Source of the DNA: Nageia nagi
Taxonomy: Eukaryota; Plantae; Pinophyta
Direction: 5' to 3'
Length of the DNA: 64,000 nt
Assembly: GCA_050084985.1 (NCBI GenBank)
Contig: JBITNC010000001.1
Location: 144,708,001-144,772,000, forward strand
A program made the translations under genes and the position numbers. Of the stretch, positions 11,054 to 24,700 are shown in pieces. The notes beneath the pieces are model-generated. The model made no database searches. It had not been told where the DNA came from and saw only the letters and a program-made list of their open reading frames with translations. How positions within the stretch are numbered: position 1 is the stretch's first letter; each line of letters begins with the position of its first letter.

Positions 11054-14000
11054 CTCTCCCTTGATGGCAATTCACTAAACCTATAACATTCGTAAGCTTA
11101 CTGAACTGAGCTTTAGGGAGGGGCTTGGTGAACAAATCAGTAGAGTTTAAGATTGATGGACAATACTTGAAGTGTACGATACCATCAAGAACCTCTTCTC
11201 TAATGAAATGGGCCTAGATTTACACATATTTTATTCTCTAATGGAACATAGGATTCTTAGCTAAAGAAATAGCCAACTGATTGTCTGAAGAAATTAGAGA
11301 TGAGCTAGGTTGCTCATACCCAATTTCTCTCAAAATATACCTAAGCTAAATAATTTCTTCAGCTACAATAAACATGGTTCGATATTCGACTTCTATAATG
11401 GAAAGAGAAATAGTAAGCTGCTTCTGGAAAGCCCAAGAGATAGCACTTGAACCAATGCTAAAAACATACATAGAGGTTGACTTCCTATCATCTCTATCTC
11501 CCCTATAGTTAGAATCTGAGAACCCTAAGAGAACAAATGAGGGTAACATGGAATAGTTGAGAGCAAGATCCTTCATCCCTAAAACATACCTCAAGATTTG
11601 CTTCACAACATTGAGATGCTTAACATATGGTTTCTACATGAATCGTGCCATCAAATTCACTGCAAAGGTAATATTTGGCCTAGAGATAGTCAAATATAGA
11701 AGACTACCAATTAATTGCATGTAAGCTATAGCATCTTTCAACTGAGAATTGAAGCTAAGGGAAATAGTGATTCTCAAAGAGATTAGGATCGTAGCATGTC
11801 TACATTCCTCCATTCCAAATTTTTGCAAGATGTCTGATATATACTTGGATTGATTAAGATAAGTACAATCTTTGTATTGGTATACTTGCATTCTAAGTTA
11901 GTAGTGCAAGAGACCAAGATCAATCATTTCAAATATTTTCTTAAGCTTGAATATGCATGCTTAAATGATTTTATCATTATTTCTAGTTATCAAAAGATCA
12001 TCCACATAAAGGAGAATTAAGATTATGTCTTTTTCCTAATTGAGCACATATAGATCGGAGTTAGAAAAGCACTTGGAGAATCCAATATCTTTAAAGTATT
12101 CTAAAATCTTCTTGTATTAGGCTTTAGGTGCTTACTTAAGTCTATATAATGACTTCTTTAGCTTGCATACAAATGACTCTTTTCCTTCCACAATAAACCT
12201 TTCTGGTTGATTCATGTAGATTTCCACATCTAAGTCACCATTGAGAAACACACTCTTGATGTCAAGTTGAAAAAATTTCCATCTTTGAGCTATTGAAAGA
12301 GAAAGGATTGATAGTGGGCATCTTCTCCATAGGAGCAAAGGTTTCCTTATAATCAATACCATATTTTTGATCAAAACATTTGGCTACTAACCTTACCTTG
12401 TATTTCTCAATATCCCCAACTGAATTGTACTTGACCTTGTAGATCCACTTATTGCCAATCACATTCTTCTCATTGGGATAAGGAACCAATTCCTAAGTTT
12501 CATTTTTCATAAGCATCTCATACTCCACTTTCATGGATTCCATCAAACAATCGTGCTTTGAAGCTTTTTGAATGATGAGGGCTCATTCTTGTTATCAATT
12601 TTGGTAAACAAAGATTTGTTCAAGGTCATGCTCCTAGTTATTTTTTATTTTGGAGAATTTTGCTCATGTGGTGATTTGTTTACATCAATATCAAACTAGT
12701 TAGGAGCAACTGATGAGTCATTTGGATCATCAACATCATCATTAGAAGTAGATTTCTTAGGAAGTTCATTGAACTTTACATCCCTTGAAATGAACACTCC
12801 TTTGAAGGATGGAGAGAAGAGCCTGCAACCTTTATGCTGACTATCATAACCCATAAAGTTGTATTTTTCAACTTTTTTATCTAACTTTTTCCTTTTCTCA
12901 AAAATAATGTAGAAGAATGCTTCACAACCAAACACCCTAAAGTGAGATATGTTAGGTTTAATTTCTAACCATGCCTCAAAAGGAGTTTTACCTTAAATAG
13001 ATTTTGTGGGACACCTATTCAAGGTGTAAATAGCAGCGTTCACAGCTTGACCCCATAAGAAACTAGGAAGATTACCTAACATGCATCTAACCATCTCCAT
13101 AATTATCTTTTTTTCCTTTCGATAACATCATTTTGTTAAGGAGTGGAAGGAATCATAAACTACCTCTTGATTTCACACTTAGCATAATAGATATTAAATT
13201 CATTGCTATTATATTCTCTCTCATTATCTGATCTTAATATCTTGATTTTAAAGTTAGTCTGATTTTCAACTAAGGCCTTAAAATTCTTAAAACTCTCAAA
13301 GGTTTGATTCTTATGCTCAAGTAGATAACCAAATGTCATCTTACTAAAGTCATTGATGAAGGTTAAGACATAAGATGCTCTTCCAAATGACTTAGTCTGA
13401 AATGGATCCATCGAATTTGATTGCATAAGTTGAAGAGGTTGAGATGCCTTTGTTGCCTTATCTTGTTCAAACCTTTGTCTATTCATCTTACCTAGGATGC
13501 ACTTTTCACATAAACTAATTGAAGGTGAAATTGAAGGAAAACCTTCACAAGTTATTGATCTTTCATGAATTAAATACTCTTATGGTTAAGGTTCCCTAAA
13601 TGATGGTGCCAAAGATTTCCCTAAACTTATCTTTTTCAAATCATAGGTTATTAGTGCAACCAGAGTCAACAATCCAATCAGATAAAAAAGAATGAGTCAT
13701 GGAGTAGATTCTAGTAACAAGACTAGATTTTAAATTCTCTTTCCTTTAAAGTTCTTTACATTTCTATTACCCTTGTTCTTTTCTTCTTTTATCTTTTTGT
13801 AGCAATCAAATTCTTTATGACCATGGATGTCACAAAAGTTACAATTTTTATCGAATTTTGCCTTAGGATTTGGTTTGCTTGCCTTATCTTTTTTATCTCT
13901 TTGCTTGAAGTAGTTATTGTTGTCATCATTATTGTTGTTGTTTCCCCTTTTCTAAAACCTTTTAGAGGAGGAAGAATAAGATTTTTTATGATAATTTAAT

Positions 14001-14650
14001 TTCTTTTTAAAATGAGTTTTAATTGCTCCTAGAGCAACATTATTATCCTTTGGAGAAGAGATCAACACCTTTTTGTAAAAGGTTTCTTCATGCTTCAGAA
14101 GGAGCCTTGAAAGGTTCTCAAGGTAGAAGACTTCTTATTCATCACCAAGCCTAGTCTTAATTACCATCACAAAGTTACCAAAGTTTCAAGAAAGGCTTTG
14201 GAGAATGATGAATACCATGAACTCATTATTGATCCAATTGCACCCACAAGCACCAAGCTTGATCCTAACGTCAATGATTTCGTTCAAGTAGATGGCAACA
14301 TTTTCATCTTCCCTTTGATGAAATTGAAGCAAATTTTGAATAATAGTGAATCTTTTAGAAAACTTAGATCCAAGGTAAATTTTCTTAAGCTTATCCTAAG
14401 CTTCCTTTGTTGAGGTTGATGATGAAATCATAAGGAGCATATCATCTGACACTGCACATAAAATCATGGAGGTTGCTAATTCATTCTTCATGTTGTATAG
14501 CTCAAGTGCCTTCTCATTTGTAGGAGCAACAAGGTTCTTATTTACAGTTTGCCAAAGCTCCCTTACTTGCAATTTAGCTCTCATCCGAGGTTCTCAAATA
14601 CCAAAGTTGGAACTATTGGCACTGTGCTTGGGTAAGAAGGTGTCTCCCAT
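11054..14650 (-). pseudogene. Copia-1 gag-pol (many stops/frameshifts; protease region apparently deleted)
   Basis: ATG at 14650 (MGDTFLPKH...). CCHC knuckle near 13800-13850 is followed almost directly by the LWHHHLG pre-integrase motif. The RNase H frame runs into the PPT at 11054-11063. Confidence 0.9.
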
Positions 14651-17395
14651 TTGCTATACAAGAATGTGAAAAAAATAAGCATGTGGTCTAAAAAATAACA
14701 TTACATGTTTAGTTTTATATAACTCAATAATACATGTTAATTTTAACAAAAAGACATGCTTGATTTGATTTCACATATACAAATATTTACAATTGAAACT
14801 CAAAAATACAACCCATGTACCCAACACTTTTATCATCACTAAGAATTGTAAATGTAGAGTGATATTGTTGAGGCTTATTTTCATATCTAAAATTAGGCCT
14901 TCACTTAGATGCTCGCAAGGTGAAGCCCAGGTAGTACCAATTCTCAACCAGTTCACCTTAGGTAGTAATATACTCTCATAAAGAATACCTACTATATTAT
15001 AAGGTTATGAGGTATATTGGATCAGTCAAATTATTAATCTTGATTAGGTTTCAACTTATACTTTTAAGTTATCAAGATAATCCCTAAATGGATGTGCGAA
15101 CATGTGGTATCACTATACACATGCCTGTCCACCTATTGGAGTTATATACATACTAATAAAGGACTTAGGGACAATTGAGAAGTATAGACTTTTCACCATT
15201 TGGATCATTGAACTAAAGGCTCCATTCTGCCTATTCTCACCTCATGGCTCTCCAAATAAGTCATGTTGTGGAATGTACATGTGGATGTGTTCATTTTAGG
15301 GGGTTGCACATTTCAATGTTTATGATTTTTACATAAGTAAATAAAGAAATAGTTCGAAACATGAAGTAAAATGCATAAATAAAATACAATCCATACATAA
15401 CTTGGAATCTAAGAGTCCAATGAGTTTTGTTTACCAACCCCTAAATGACATCTTTAAATAAAATTAGGGAGTCATCAAATATTCTTAAAAAAAAATGCAT
15501 CATTCCCATAACTTATTTTTTTTTTAATAAGAATGCATCATTCCCATAGAAATACATGTATCATTTCCATAATTTACATAAAGGATTCTAAGTAGTGAAC
15601 ATTCATCATTACTTCATTTCCATAAATGTTTGTAAAAAATATGCATTATTTATATATATCACATGCATTAATTTCATAAATTTTAAAGAGGCATAAAGTT
15701 TCTAAGTGATAAATATATATTCCAAGCATAAAGGATTTAAACATTTAAGTAAAGAAATTCATAAATATTTCTCCCTTTTTTACTTAAAAAAATTATCCCT
15801 TCAATAAATGTTTAGTATAGTATTAAAAACGTTGCAAATTTTATTTTAGTAAACAAATTTATCACTTAAGGAAAAAAATGTCATATTAAACAATTACCAT
15901 TTTTACCTAAGTAAATGGAGGTAAAAAATTACCATAGTTATAAGCACTAAATTTTTTGTACCAATGCATATTGACCAAGGCAAAAAATTTTTACTTATAA
16001 GCATAAAAAATATCTTCCCTCTTTTATTTTTTAAAAAAGGAAAGAATTAAGTACCCCTAGTTAGTGAGAATAATGAAAACTTGCAGAGCATTAATTAAAA
16101 ATGGAGCCCCATACTCCATGCTAGTTCAAATTTATACTCCTCATTATGAATAGCATTAAATTCAAAAGGAGTTATTCAAGCAAAGGAGTAATTATAACAA
16201 AAATTAAAGAAGAGAAGGGGTGAAAGTGAAAAAAAAGGACATGGTGGGTGAATGTCATGGTGGAGTCGACAAGTAGAAAGAGGTTTAGAAGGAGAGATTA
16301 AAGTGGCTATGAGGGCGGTGCAAGCAAAAAGCTATTTGTGAGGTGAAAGGAGGCCATGCAAGGCCAAAAGAAGAGCTGCACAAGGGCCATGCTAGGTAAA
16401 AAAAAGGAGATACATTGCGCAAGGTCAAAAATAAGATTACACAGAGCAATTGATACAGGTTTCAGATTGCATAGAGGAGGGATTGTAAGGAAAATAAGGC
16501 AAAGGTGTAGATCCATAAGCAAAACAAGAAGAGGTGAAGCACGAGGCTAGCCACCCATAGCAAGCAAAGGGATTGCAAGGCAAACAAGGCAAAGGTGAAC
16601 ACCCCAAATGGTCCATAGTAGGAGGGAGACAGAGCTGCGAGAGGAGAGGAGAGGCCAAGTGTAGGAGTGACCAAGAGCAAGAGCAACCAAGAGGGATATA
16701 AGGATGTAATGGATGCCAATGCTAAGAAGGAGAGAAGAGACTCACACAAGAATACCCAGCGATGATGATGTGGAGCAATCCATCCATGCAAGCTGCCTTT
16801 GATTTCAAAAAGAAATTTCAAAGAAAGTCACCTTTATTTTCAATTTTTTTTTGGGACATTACTACTTGTATATTGCAAAACAAAATTAGAGAGAAATACA
16901 TACATATGTATTGTAGAGAGAAATAACACTTTATTTTAATATTTTTATATAATTTTTGTGTAATAAAAAGCATATTTAAACAAAAAATACATATATTTTT
17001 TGTAAAAAAAAAATGTAACGCTTTTTTTTAAAGCAAGCTTAAAAGGATAAAACTAGCCTTATAAGGTGAAAAGAAATTTTTTATACTATCCTCTTAAATA
17101 GAAAATATGTCAAAGTATTAAGTAATTTAAAAAAAAATTTGCAACTAACATGAGAGGTTAGTATATATAAAAAAATTGCATTATAATGCTATTTTAATTA
17201 TATTTTTGCTTAAAAACAAAAACTAACACGTAGCAAATAATATGTTAGTATCATAATGTAATAATCCAAAAAATAACCAAGAAGGAGGAATTTATACCTT
17301 CTCTTGAGTTTTACCTCAATAATGAAGAGTAGTGAGGGGAATGAACATCACTAAGATGTTGAAGAAGAGCTTCCACACCAAGCTTTGATACCAAA

Positions 17396-17883
17396 TGGAG
17401 GGATTGAAATATATAAACTACCAAGATCTCATGGAAGTTCATACTTACATCAAAAATCAAGCATAGACAATCTCACAAAGTGACTTAAGATATAAAGTGG
17501 TTCCTCCAACTAGGAGTACATCCACTAACTATATCTTACTTCATTCACAAAGATAACTCTCTTACAATTCTCCTAACTTTATCTCCTAAACACTATCCTG
17601 GAGCATAACTTTGCTTTACAAATTGGTAAGTGATCACAAAGAGGAGGCCTTCTATTTATAGGCCAAAATCCCCCTTTGGATCACCCTTTTAACCATTGTA
17701 CAAAGACATGACATGCAACTCCCTTTTACCTAAGGGGCATGCTCATGAGATGGAGTGTAGGATAAGTTACATTATCATATTCACTTAAATACTTAAGGTA
17801 TCTAGTGATATCATTAAGTATTAGTGAATTTACAAAGAGGATGATTACAAAACCTTTACAATAATGCGTTATACATTCCAACA
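17396..17883 (-). repeat. Copia-1 5' LTR (short form, 488 bp)
   Basis: TGTTGG...CTCCA on the minus strand; PBS follows 2 nt later; internal TATAAATA at ~17653-17660. Confidence 0.92.
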
Positions 17884-18578
17884 CTCTCGAGGCCTCTTGA
17901 GACTTCACTTTCTATGCTTTACCTTTTTTCGTCAAATCCTCCTTCTCTTTCTTTTTTTCCCTCATCTCTTCTTAGGTTTCAGGTTCCTCTACCTCCAAAT
18001 GGGATTCCAAATATTCCACTAGATCCCTTTGATACATGTAAGTGATTAAACCTTGGTGTCAAACCTCCTTCTCCACTTCATCTCTTACATTATCAACCCA
18101 TGTTTTTACAAAGTTTGCCAGGAAGAATAAAATGCTTTATCTTTTTCATATCAATTAATAGTTTAGCATTTATTTATTATTATAATATAATATCATTATA
18201 TTGAATTATCTTAATCATCAAATTTATTTAAAAATAGTAATATTGTAGCATTACATTAGTCTAAATATTAATAGACACCTATAATTTGGTGAAACTAACT
18301 TTCTACGACTCTTTCTAAAACATTTGAAGAAAAAAGTTTAATCTAAAAACCTCGGATATGAATTTTAACATGTCCATATATTTTCAAAAATATTTGTTCT
18401 TGTGTTATTAAACATGAATAATCAAGGATAACAAAAAACTTTGATGATATTGATAACTATTAAAAAACCTAATGTAATGGTTCAAAAGTATTTGAGTGCT
18501 TTTGACCAAAGCGTATATTGGAATAATTAGAGTAATTTCCAAGTTAACCTTTGAATAAGATCAATTCCTTATTGGGAT

Positions 18579-19033
18579 TGTTTTGAGCATAAAGAGAGAT
18601 AAAAAAAATAAACAAAAATATTAACTAAAGAAATCTACAACAAGGTAGATTTTTGTGTGGATAGAAGCCTACAAAATAACCACATATTCAACTCAAACTA
18701 ACAAACGACTACCACAAAATATCACCTAACAAAGATAAAATACAATTATAATCGATCAAGAAAAGTAATGTAAGTACAAATATTAGCAACATACATATAA
18801 ATTCATCCATAATGAACTCATATGACTTTTCTAATTAAGATAGGCCAAATAACTTTGCATTTGTATTTGCTAAATTAGAGCAAAATCTTACAAGTAGAGG
18901 CAAAATTGTTGGTTGTGGAGCTTGAGTTTTTTCTCTCTAAAATTGAAGGTCTTATTTCAGTTGCATTTGAAACCCTTGGTATTGTACATTGGGCCCCTAT
19001 CTTAGTGGTTCCCCTCATCAATTAATGGGCTAA
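18579..19033 (-). repeat. Probable LTR fragment of another family, cut by the chromovirus LTR
   Basis: TG start and U5/R-like composition; no partner copy in the window. Confidence 0.3.
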
Positions 19034-21745
19034 TGTTAAGAGCCCAAAAGATCTAAAATAGGATTTTAACTAAAATAACAGTAAAACATGAAATAGAGAT
19101 GGATTTGAAATGCAACAAATCATATAACTCAAGTAATGAGATAAAAAAATAGTGGAATACAATAAATTTATTAATAATAATATGAATCACATACCATTAA
19201 GAGGGGGCTACCTCCTTAAAACTTAAAAGATAATGTATTTTCCAAGATGATCTCTCTTCCCCTCTTACACCTAAATATAATCATGTTATTCTTACCCTAA
19301 TTGGTAGTTCATTACAAAATGGTGATTTACCTTACAAAAGTGTGATGTGACCTTACAAGTCGATACATGTTGATAATTAAAATAATAAATAAATAACTAA
19401 TATTAATAAATGTTATGATATAGATCCTAACATGCCATCTCTCTTATAAAATAGCTTTATCCTCAAAGCTAAAATTTGGGAAAGTGCTACTAAATTTGAT
19501 TAAGTACCTCCCAAGATGTGTCCTTAGGTGTGAATTCATGCCACTGGATAAGTAATTTAGTGATTATGCAATTATGAAGTTAATAAGTACATCTCTCTAA
19601 TATCATCTCAAGTTAAACCATTATGGAGATATCTTCATTGAATTAAAATAACTATATTAAAACTTTTGCTTGGGAGCCCAATACCTTCTTAAAAAAAGAA
19701 ACTTGAAATACTGGATGAACTTTTAAGGATTTAAATAACTCCAACTTGTGCATGGTCAATCCAATTCATTGGAGGATTTTGTAAGGCCCATAAAACTTTG
19801 GATGCAACTTTTAGGGTCCTTTTATTTGGAGACATTTTTGTTGATATGGTTGAAGCTATAGGAAAATCATATCCCCTTTTTGAAATCCTCTTTCAAATTG
19901 TTGTTGATCAGCTTTCTCCTTCATGTGATGTTTATCCATTTGCAAATTCTCCTAAAGAAGATGGAGTGTCTCCCCAAGTGATTAAGATTCTCTCAATTGC
20001 TTGAACATTAGTGCTATCTAGAACATACAAGGCCATTGTGATTGGAGCTTTTGCATACAAGCTTCATAGGGGGGTCATATTAATGGAAGTATGATATGAA
20101 GTATTATACGATTTTTCTACCAAAGAAATCCACTTAACTCAATGATCTAGTTTGGCTGAAGAAAAGTAACGTAGATAAGTCTTTAAGCACTTATTAACAA
20201 TTTTTGTCTGACCATCTATTTGAGGGTGATAGGAAGAACTCATATTGATTTTAGTATCTTAAAGCTTGAAGAACTCTTACCAAAAATTGTAGGTAAAGGT
20301 CAAGCCATGATCACTAACTATGGTAGAAGGCATATCATGGAGTTTGAAAATATTATTAAGAAAACATTGGGCTACATTGATAGCCTTGAAGGGATGAGCT
20401 AAGGTGCAAAAATGTGAATACTTAGAAATCTTATCCACTACCACCATGATAACTATTAGTCCAAGTGTGAGTTGGTATGGGTAGGGGTTGAAGTAGTTTG
20501 GGGGTGACAACTGCATTACTTTTTTATCATTGATAAACATCACATTCCACAATAAATTTCTTGATATTTTATTTCATTCCTATCTAATAAATAGACTAGG
20601 CCACTTGTTTGTATGTCTTCAAAAACTCAGAGTGTCCTACATATGGAGAAACATGTAACTCTTGAAGTATCACCTCATCGTAGGATGAATTAGAAGGTAG
20701 TATAATACAACCTTTGAACTTAAGAATCTAATCATGTTAAGAAAAGTAAATTTTACTAGTAGGGTAATTTTGAAGTTGTTGAAATAATATTTGAGTAGAG
20801 CTATCATGGAGCAATTCTTGTTTAACCTAATTTAGTCAGTGGGAAACCATGGAGGATATGGCCTAAAGTGTCACTAGCTTCTTGAATTTTTGAGAAAGGG
20901 CATTAGCAACCATATTTTCTCAATCCTTTCAATACACTATCTCATAATCATAGCCTAAAAGCTTAGTAGCCCAATTTTATTGTTCAGTGGTTGATATTCG
21001 TTATTCCATGAAATTTTCAAACTATGATGATCTATCTAAATGAGAAAATATTGATCAATGAGATATGGCCACCACCATTGAACAATATGAATAATTGTTA
21101 ACATTTCTTTTTCATATATGGATTTGGCCAAATGTTTACTTGAAAAAGCCTTGTTAGTGAAAGCCAAAGATCATCCTTCCTACATCAAAATAGCTCCAAG
21201 TCCCACTACACAATCATAGCTTTCAATGCAAAAGGTTTTTGAGAAATTGGGCATGGCTAAGACTAGGGTAGAACACATGGATTTAATTTGTGAAAGGATT
21301 CTTTGGTAATGGGTGACTAGATGAAAGCATTCTTTTTTAGTAAAGTTGTTAGTGGGGCTATAATGTTTCTATAATCCTTCACAAATTTGAGATAGTACCC
21401 AGTTAATACTAGGAATCCACACAACCCTTTGAGTGACTTAGGGAGAGGCCAACTCATCATATATTTAATCTTCAAAAATAATATTCTTGAGATACTCAAT
21501 CTCCTTTTTGTATAAAAGAAGATTTGAATTCTTGAAATATAATTGATGATCTCAAATAATTTACAAGGTATGATCTAAGTGGGAAAAATGATCCTCCCAA
21601 TTCTTATTGTATATTAAAATATCCTTAAAGAAAACCAAAATAAATTTTCTAAGGTGAGGGAAAAATACTTGATTCATTAGACTCTGGAAGGTGGAAGGAA
21701 CATTGGTAAGACCAAATGACATTATTAAAAACTCATTATACAACC
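19034..21745 (-). mobile_element. 5'-truncated Ty3/gypsy chromovirus (Reina-like): partial RT, RNase H, integrase, chromodomain, PPT and 3' LTR (19034-19432)
   Basis: [34 protein letters not shown]. Integrase IMVVVDKISKYSHF..LHDMPSTIVSD and KLHPKFYGPYKIL. Chromodomain-like LLIQWHEFTPKDTSWE. PPT-like AAGAGAGATGGCA before TGTTAGGA; opposite LTR end TGTTAAGA at 19034. Confidence 0.88.
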
Positions 21746-24700
21746 TCCCCTTTTCATATCAAGATATTATTATCAGGCAAAAAGGGGTACACGTTAAATT
21801 GAAAAGGAAGTTGATTGATATCAAACTAAAGGAGATCTCAGGTAGTTGGGAATATGATCGTGATCATAAATTTTCCAAGAGAGTGAAAATAATGAACAAA
21901 AAGTATAATAAGTACATTACTAGCTCCCAATTGGATGTGAAATAATGGAGGAACAAAGGAGAGTCCAAGCCACACATGCTAGATACTATGACAATGATAG
22001 AAGCTCTTCCATCATGGAGAGACTTTTATTTAAGAATTAGGAAGTTTGATCCTATAGAATTTGCATTAGGTAAAACATTGATGAAACTCTTATAGGAAAG
22101 TGGTTGGTATAAACAAAAATGGTAGGACTTCATCCAATACCACATAGAGTCAAGCATCTAGTCATATCTATGGGATACTAAAATGGATCAACAATTTAGT
22201 GAGTTATTTGACCAAGAAAATGAAAATGAGAAATATAAGGGTGTAGAAGAAGGTGGTGAGAGTTATGGTGATGAAGAAGAGACTGAAGATAAATAATAGG
22301 GTGATCATGAAACCCCATAAAAAAACCCCAACATAAGGAGAAATTCCTTCATAAGGAAAATCTTACAAAATGTTAGTTGATACATCCTAAGGGATTGAGT
22401 CTTCTAGTTCAACAAAGGAAACCCATAAGACATCAAACTAAGAGAAATAACACCATCGAAGTGAAAGGGAGAGTTTAGGGAGAAAATTTCATCACTAGGA
22501 AACCAATGAGGATTTAAAGAAATGGTCTCATCATGATGATAAGAAGGAAAAGAAAGATCAAAGTCCAAAGAGAAGGAGGCAAACCCAAGATTCAATTTTT
22601 GGGAGAATAGTTATGCACATTATGATTCTTATTACTCCCCTAGTATTTAATATTCCCATTTAAATTCAATTTATTGTAATTCAATACATTTTTGGCCCCC
22701 ATACCATCACCTCAACCCATTAGCCAAGCCATTATCCCAAGTAATTCATGCATCCCCACTTGACCAGGTGAACTCTTATCATTTAAAATCAAACCCTCAA
22801 GGAGCCTCAGGCATGTTGGCCCAAATGCATTCCCCATTTAATATTACAAATTAAACTACCACCCCCACATCACCTAGAATAATGTACACTTCATCTACTA
22901 TCTTGTAATTTATTTCAATCAACAGGAAATAAGTTTTCACCCAAACAATCTTCCAAAAATATTAAGGTTTGAATAAGGGATAAGAGAATTGGGAATATAA
23001 GAATATCAAGAGCATCCCAACCCCTAAAGGAAAAATTCAGCTACAAAGCCAAATAGACCCAAAGAGGAAAAAGTTGTATATGGCAATCACACAAGAAATG
23101 GCCATGAAAGAGGCCTCAAAAGGGTTGACCAACATAATTATTGAGTTGTACTATGCAAGTATATCCTGAGAAGATAAAAATAAGTTTCTTCAAACATCTA
23201 TGTACTTGGTGAAGATTTATACCACCATATATGAATCAAAACATAAGTAAGAAGAAAAGAAAAGAGCTCTCTTGGTTGCTCAATTGAATGTTGAAAAGAA
23301 GTAGAACAAGGCTTTAAATAAGAAAAACTATGATCTAACCTTTACCATTAATTAGGCTCCATTCGAAAAAGAGTTAAAGCAAAAAGAATAATCCTTGGAG
23401 GAAAAAAGCGTAGAGTTGGCACAAGAAGAGAAGCAATTGGGGCCTATGAAAGTAGTGTTAGTAAAGAAGGAAGGAGACCTCAAGCAAAGTAATTCAAATA
23501 TATTGGTGAAAATTACTGAATTAGCCAAAAATGATGAACATATAATGTCCAAAGCTAATGAGTTGGCTTAAAAGGATGAGGAGATAGGAACTAAGGTAGT
23601 TGAGCTAGTGGAAAAAGATGCACACATAGCCTCTTAGCAGAATGCAGTTTGGAAAAGGGACACCAAGCTAGTAAACCAAGAGAATCTAGTTACCATCAAG
23701 GATAGAAACATAGCTTCCCTGAACCAACATTATTTTTTCCTACAAGGAAAAAATAAATTCAATACTTATGTTTTGGATGGTTTAAATAAGAAGTACTTAG
23801 CTAAGATAACTTTTATCTAAGATAACCTAGGAGCTAAAGAGTTTATCCCCATTAATAGAATACATACAAACTGGAAAAGGGGTACTAGCTAAATTATAGC
23901 CCTAGCTACACATAGTGGAAATCACCATCAATAAGAGGAAAGGGAAATCCCAAGTGACTAATCAAGTCATTAACTAAGCCTATAATGTAGATTTGAATAC
24001 AACTCAGATTGATAGAAAGGCAACTTTGGTATGGGTAGTTAGTATGTTGTATGTGGAGAGTGTTATCATGGAAGCCCAAAAACATGAGAGGGAACTTAAG
24101 CAATATCTCAATTCCATATAAGAAGGGTTGAATACCCTACTAATAGAAGGAGTTCCCAAATTTTAGAGATAGGATGAAACTCCAATAACAAAGGCAAAGT
24201 ATCAATCCTCCATCGCCAAAGTGGTGGATGATACCACTATATTCATGGCATGGGCGGTACCACATTCTAAAAAAGATAAGTTTTCTTTTATTGAGAGGTT
24301 GAGTAGTGTATTAGCAAAGCACATAGTGAAAAAATACAAAGAAATATCTTACAAGAAGGTGAACAAAGTGCTTGTTATGGAATGCAACTTAGTTGCATTT
24401 TTGGATTCAAGACCTGAGGAATGGGTTTCAGTTGCAATGGTTCTAAATATTGATCGAGGAAGTAGTTCTAGCTAAGTTTATGATTTTATGCTAAACATAT
24501 CCCATGAGAGATTCCAAATGTATATAAAAATATTAAAATTCAATAGTTAGTGCCTTACATATTTTATTTTGAGTATCCAAGTATGAAGTATTTGAGTGTG
24601 TACCATATAAGCCTTTTCTAGGGCTTGATCAAGGCTTAAATACAAGTAAAATGAGCAATATAGAGGAATGATATCATCAAATAAAGTTAGCAGAGAACTC

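Larger units (their letters stand above)
9808..17883 (-). mobile_element. Copia-1: full-length decayed Ty1/copia LTR retrotransposon
   Basis: Matching LTR sequence at 17396-17883 (5') and 9808-10308 (3' core). tRNA-iMet PBS TGGTATCAAAGCT at 17381-17393. Order gag, integrase (13160-13486), RT (KWIYKVKY..KYKVRLVAK, FQLDIKSVFLNG, YVDD), RNase H (DSNYRGDRDDRKSTS). TSD degenerate (CTTTA/CTCTC). Confidence 0.95.
8770..18125 (-). mobile_element. Decayed LINE-like/ORF1-like fragment (8770-9807 + 17884-~18125), split by Copia-1
   Basis: T-rich tract at ~8771-8786 (poly-A on the minus strand). Broken K/E/P-rich minus-strand frames (9119-9325, 9590-9784) and similar sequence on the far side of the copia. 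No RT or endonuclease motif seen. Confidence 0.35.

Noticed and set aside
16200-16830. Overlapping short ORFs in the purine-rich island of the Copia-1 leader
   Set aside because: Low-complexity, mutually overlapping frames with no domain; no support for a protein.
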